Positions 61,511 to 64,000 of a DNA stretch of 64,000 nt are shown here, piece after piece. The notes under the pieces are model-generated. The model worked only from the letters and a program-made list of their open reading frames with translations. It was not told where the DNA came from and did no database searches. The translations under genes were made by a program, and so were the position numbers. Origin of the DNA: Takakia lepidozioides (Eukaryota > Plantae > Bryophyta); assembly GCA_030704615.1 (NCBI GenBank), contig CM060734.1, positions 24,552,001-24,616,000 on the forward strand, given 5' to 3'. Every line of letters starts with the position of its first letter. Position 1 is the first letter of the stretch.

Positions 61511-64000
61511 ATCACCCATACCGGAAGAACTAGAGTTGGATGCCACTTCTTCTTTTTCTTTGCAAGAAAGATTAAGGGAATTGGTACAAGAAGAAGATCA
61601 ACCACGAGGTGAAAGATCTGAGGTACATCCTTGGATAAAAGATTTGACAGAAATCTTTGATAAGAGTTGGCATGGAACACCAAAAGCAAGAACTCCAGTT
61701 TCTAAGACAGAAGACAAAGAAGGAGGAGAGGATGTGGCAAAACCAACGGAGAGTTCAGACTCTCCAACACCATTGCAATTGAGTTACATGAGTGAAGAAG
61801 AAGAAATCCAAGGGCAGAACTTGGAAGATGAAAACAGAGAGAAGAAACTGGAAGAGGAAGAGTATGAAGAAGTAGACCCAACAGCTAAGGTTGAGACTAC
61901 AACCAGGACATCCCAACTTGTTGGACCTCGATCAAGTGAAGCACTTGGATCACAGGCCAACGAAGGTGTCGGCTCAAGGGGATCAGGCGGGCAGTAGTGC
62001 AACTGGAGCTGGGAATACTGTGAATATAGTGGGGCCAATAGCAGGGAGTGCTCAGGGGCCAACACTTGGTGGAAGTACCACCACAACTACAATAGGTCCT
62101 CAAGGACCAGCACCAGCAAGGGGGCCAGCACCTATCAGTGGGCAGGGGACAGGGCCACAGATGGCGTTACAACCAACACGGGCAAAACCACCTTTTCCAA
62201 TATATTCAGGAAAAGGGGATCCTGATGTACACATTAGCCAATTTGAGCACATGTGTATTGTGAACAATGAGAATGGCGATGATGCCAAGATGAGACTGTT
62301 TCCTTGTTCACTTATCAAGAAAACAAGTGAATGGTCTGCAAGATTCCCTGATAATCATTTCCTAACCTGGAATGGCTTGAATACAACATTCCGAAATAGG
62401 TTCAGGACAAGTAAAAATGAGGATGAAGTGTATGGAAGTTTACAACAGTTAAAGCAAAAGAAGCATGAAACTGTTGAGGAGTATATGGAAAAGATGGAAT
62501 TGATGATGAAAAAGCTGGCTGCTGTACCAGCACCAGGTTTACAGAAAACTTGGTTTGTGAGTGGACTAAGACCAGAGTTGCAAAAGAAAGTGGATATGTT
62601 ACCCCATAATACAGTGGAGGAGGCATTTGAAACAGCGAACAGAATTGAGAAATTGGGAATGCTCAGGAGAGAGAAAAGGGATGATGATGACTCTGAGGAT
62701 GAGTCAGATGAGGAAGAAGAGCAAGAGTTGAAAAGGAAGAGTAAGAGGAAGGAAAAGTTGAAGAGGGATAGCTATGAGAAAAGATTAGAAGAAATCTTGA
62801 AGAAGTATGCCACAGAGGCTGCAACACATTGGAGGAAGGGTGTTTGGTGTGCAAAGTGCCAGAATGAAGGCCATACCACCACTGAATGCCACATGAAGGA
62901 GAAACACTGTACTATCTATAAAATGGATAACCATTCTACTGAGAATTGTTACTACAACAGAAGGACAACAGCTAGAGAACCTAGGCAAGTAAGGGTGCAT
63001 CAAGTGCAGCCCCAGCCAAGAAGAAACAATGATCAGGACAACTATGGTAGGCCAGGTGGTTATAACAATGGCATGGAAGGGAGAGGTAATCCAAGAGGGA
63101 ATTACCAAAGAAATTCCAGAGGCAACTATCAGGGTAATCCAAGGGGGAATTACCAGCCAGGGAATCAGGATTACAGAAACAATCCCAGAACAGACCAAGG
63201 GCGAGGACCTAATGGGGAAGAACTGTGTTACTATTGTAATCAGGCAGGACATCGCAAGGCAGCCTGTCCATTCTAGATCAGACACCAGAATGAGATGAGA
63301 GCTCCTGTGAATGAGGGGCCAGTGGTGGCAACTCACATGGTTAGGCCATGTGTTGTACCAGAAGTAAGTACAATGATAGTAACCAGAAGCAAAGCCAAAA
63401 TAATACCTCCAGTAGATGAGGAAGGTGATGATAATGAAGATGGCAATGATGTGCCTGAAGATGATGAGGCTTGGAGAGATGAGAAGGAACTGCACAAGGA
63501 AGTGGCAGATACCATAAGGAAAATGCAGAAGAGTACTGATATTCCTATGGCACATTCCTCTGATTCTGAAAGAGAAGAGGAAGTGAGTGAGGATGAAGGG
63601 AAGAAAGAAGCTGCGGAAATGCAGAGTAATGAAGGGACTTTGGCTGAAGTAATATGCCAGACCAAAGTGGAGATTACCATTGGACAGCTATTGGCTGTGG
63701 CACCTTATTGTAGACACACGCTGTATCAAGCAATCAATCGAATTGCCCATGTGACAGGGAACACAGACCTGAACAGCAAGGTGACCAGTTATAATGTGAA
63801 GCCGGAAGGGCGAGAAACAGTCATGGACTTTGATGATTCTATGCCAGTAATCCAATTGAGAATTGGAAGCGCAGAACTAACTGATGTACAAATAGATGGA
63901 GGCTCTGGAGTTAATATCATGACATACCAATTAAGGCAAAAGCTTGGTGTATTAACATGAAACCAGCCCCATTTATAGTAACAATGGCAGATCAAAGAAG
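61511..64000 (+). pseudogene. gag-pol: Remainder of copy D gag and protease, with a deletion (~61993), a stop (63274) and a frameshift (~63950)
   Basis: Homologous to copies B and C; shares the DVQIDGGS variant with B. Confidence 0.9.

Larger units (their letters stand above)
46929..64000 (+). mobile_element. Gypsy family copy D, interrupted by copy C at 48383/61506 and continuing past the window end
   Basis: 5' LTR, PBS, 5' ORF and gag start; gag resumes seamlessly after the AGTAC duplication. Confidence 0.92.

Overview
Eukaryotic, transposon-dense land-plant DNA, probably from a seed-free plant (inferred from the element types, not proven). There is one intact host gene: a 4-exon nucleotide-diphospho-sugar transferase at 23116-25523 (356 aa). 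About half of the window is four same-orientation copies (A-D) of one ~13 kb non-chromovirus Ty3/gypsy family with a tRNA-Arg-like PBS and the order Gag-AP-RT-RH-INT, with no extra RNase H. Copy C (48384-61505) is complete, has an AGTAC target-site duplication (TSD) and is nested in copy D. The family carries two extra ORFs: a 5' ORF that starts inside the LTR, and a ~1240 aa 3' sense ORF (PMD/Transposase_32-like N-terminus, long coiled coil, unknown C-terminal domain). It also has CACAGC tandem arrays in the LTR and upstream of the 3' ORF. Other content: a minus-strand LTR element with a self-priming-like inverted repeat, a degenerate CACTA transposase, a spliced ParB/Srx-like (DGNHR) pseudogene fused in frame to Gag, two arrays of CGGCGCCG-core palindromes, and a non-coding repeat present in direct and inverted copies. 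The best candidates for an undescribed system are the retrotransposon 3' ORF with its motif arrays, and the ParB-like gene with the palindrome arrays. All identities were judged by eye.
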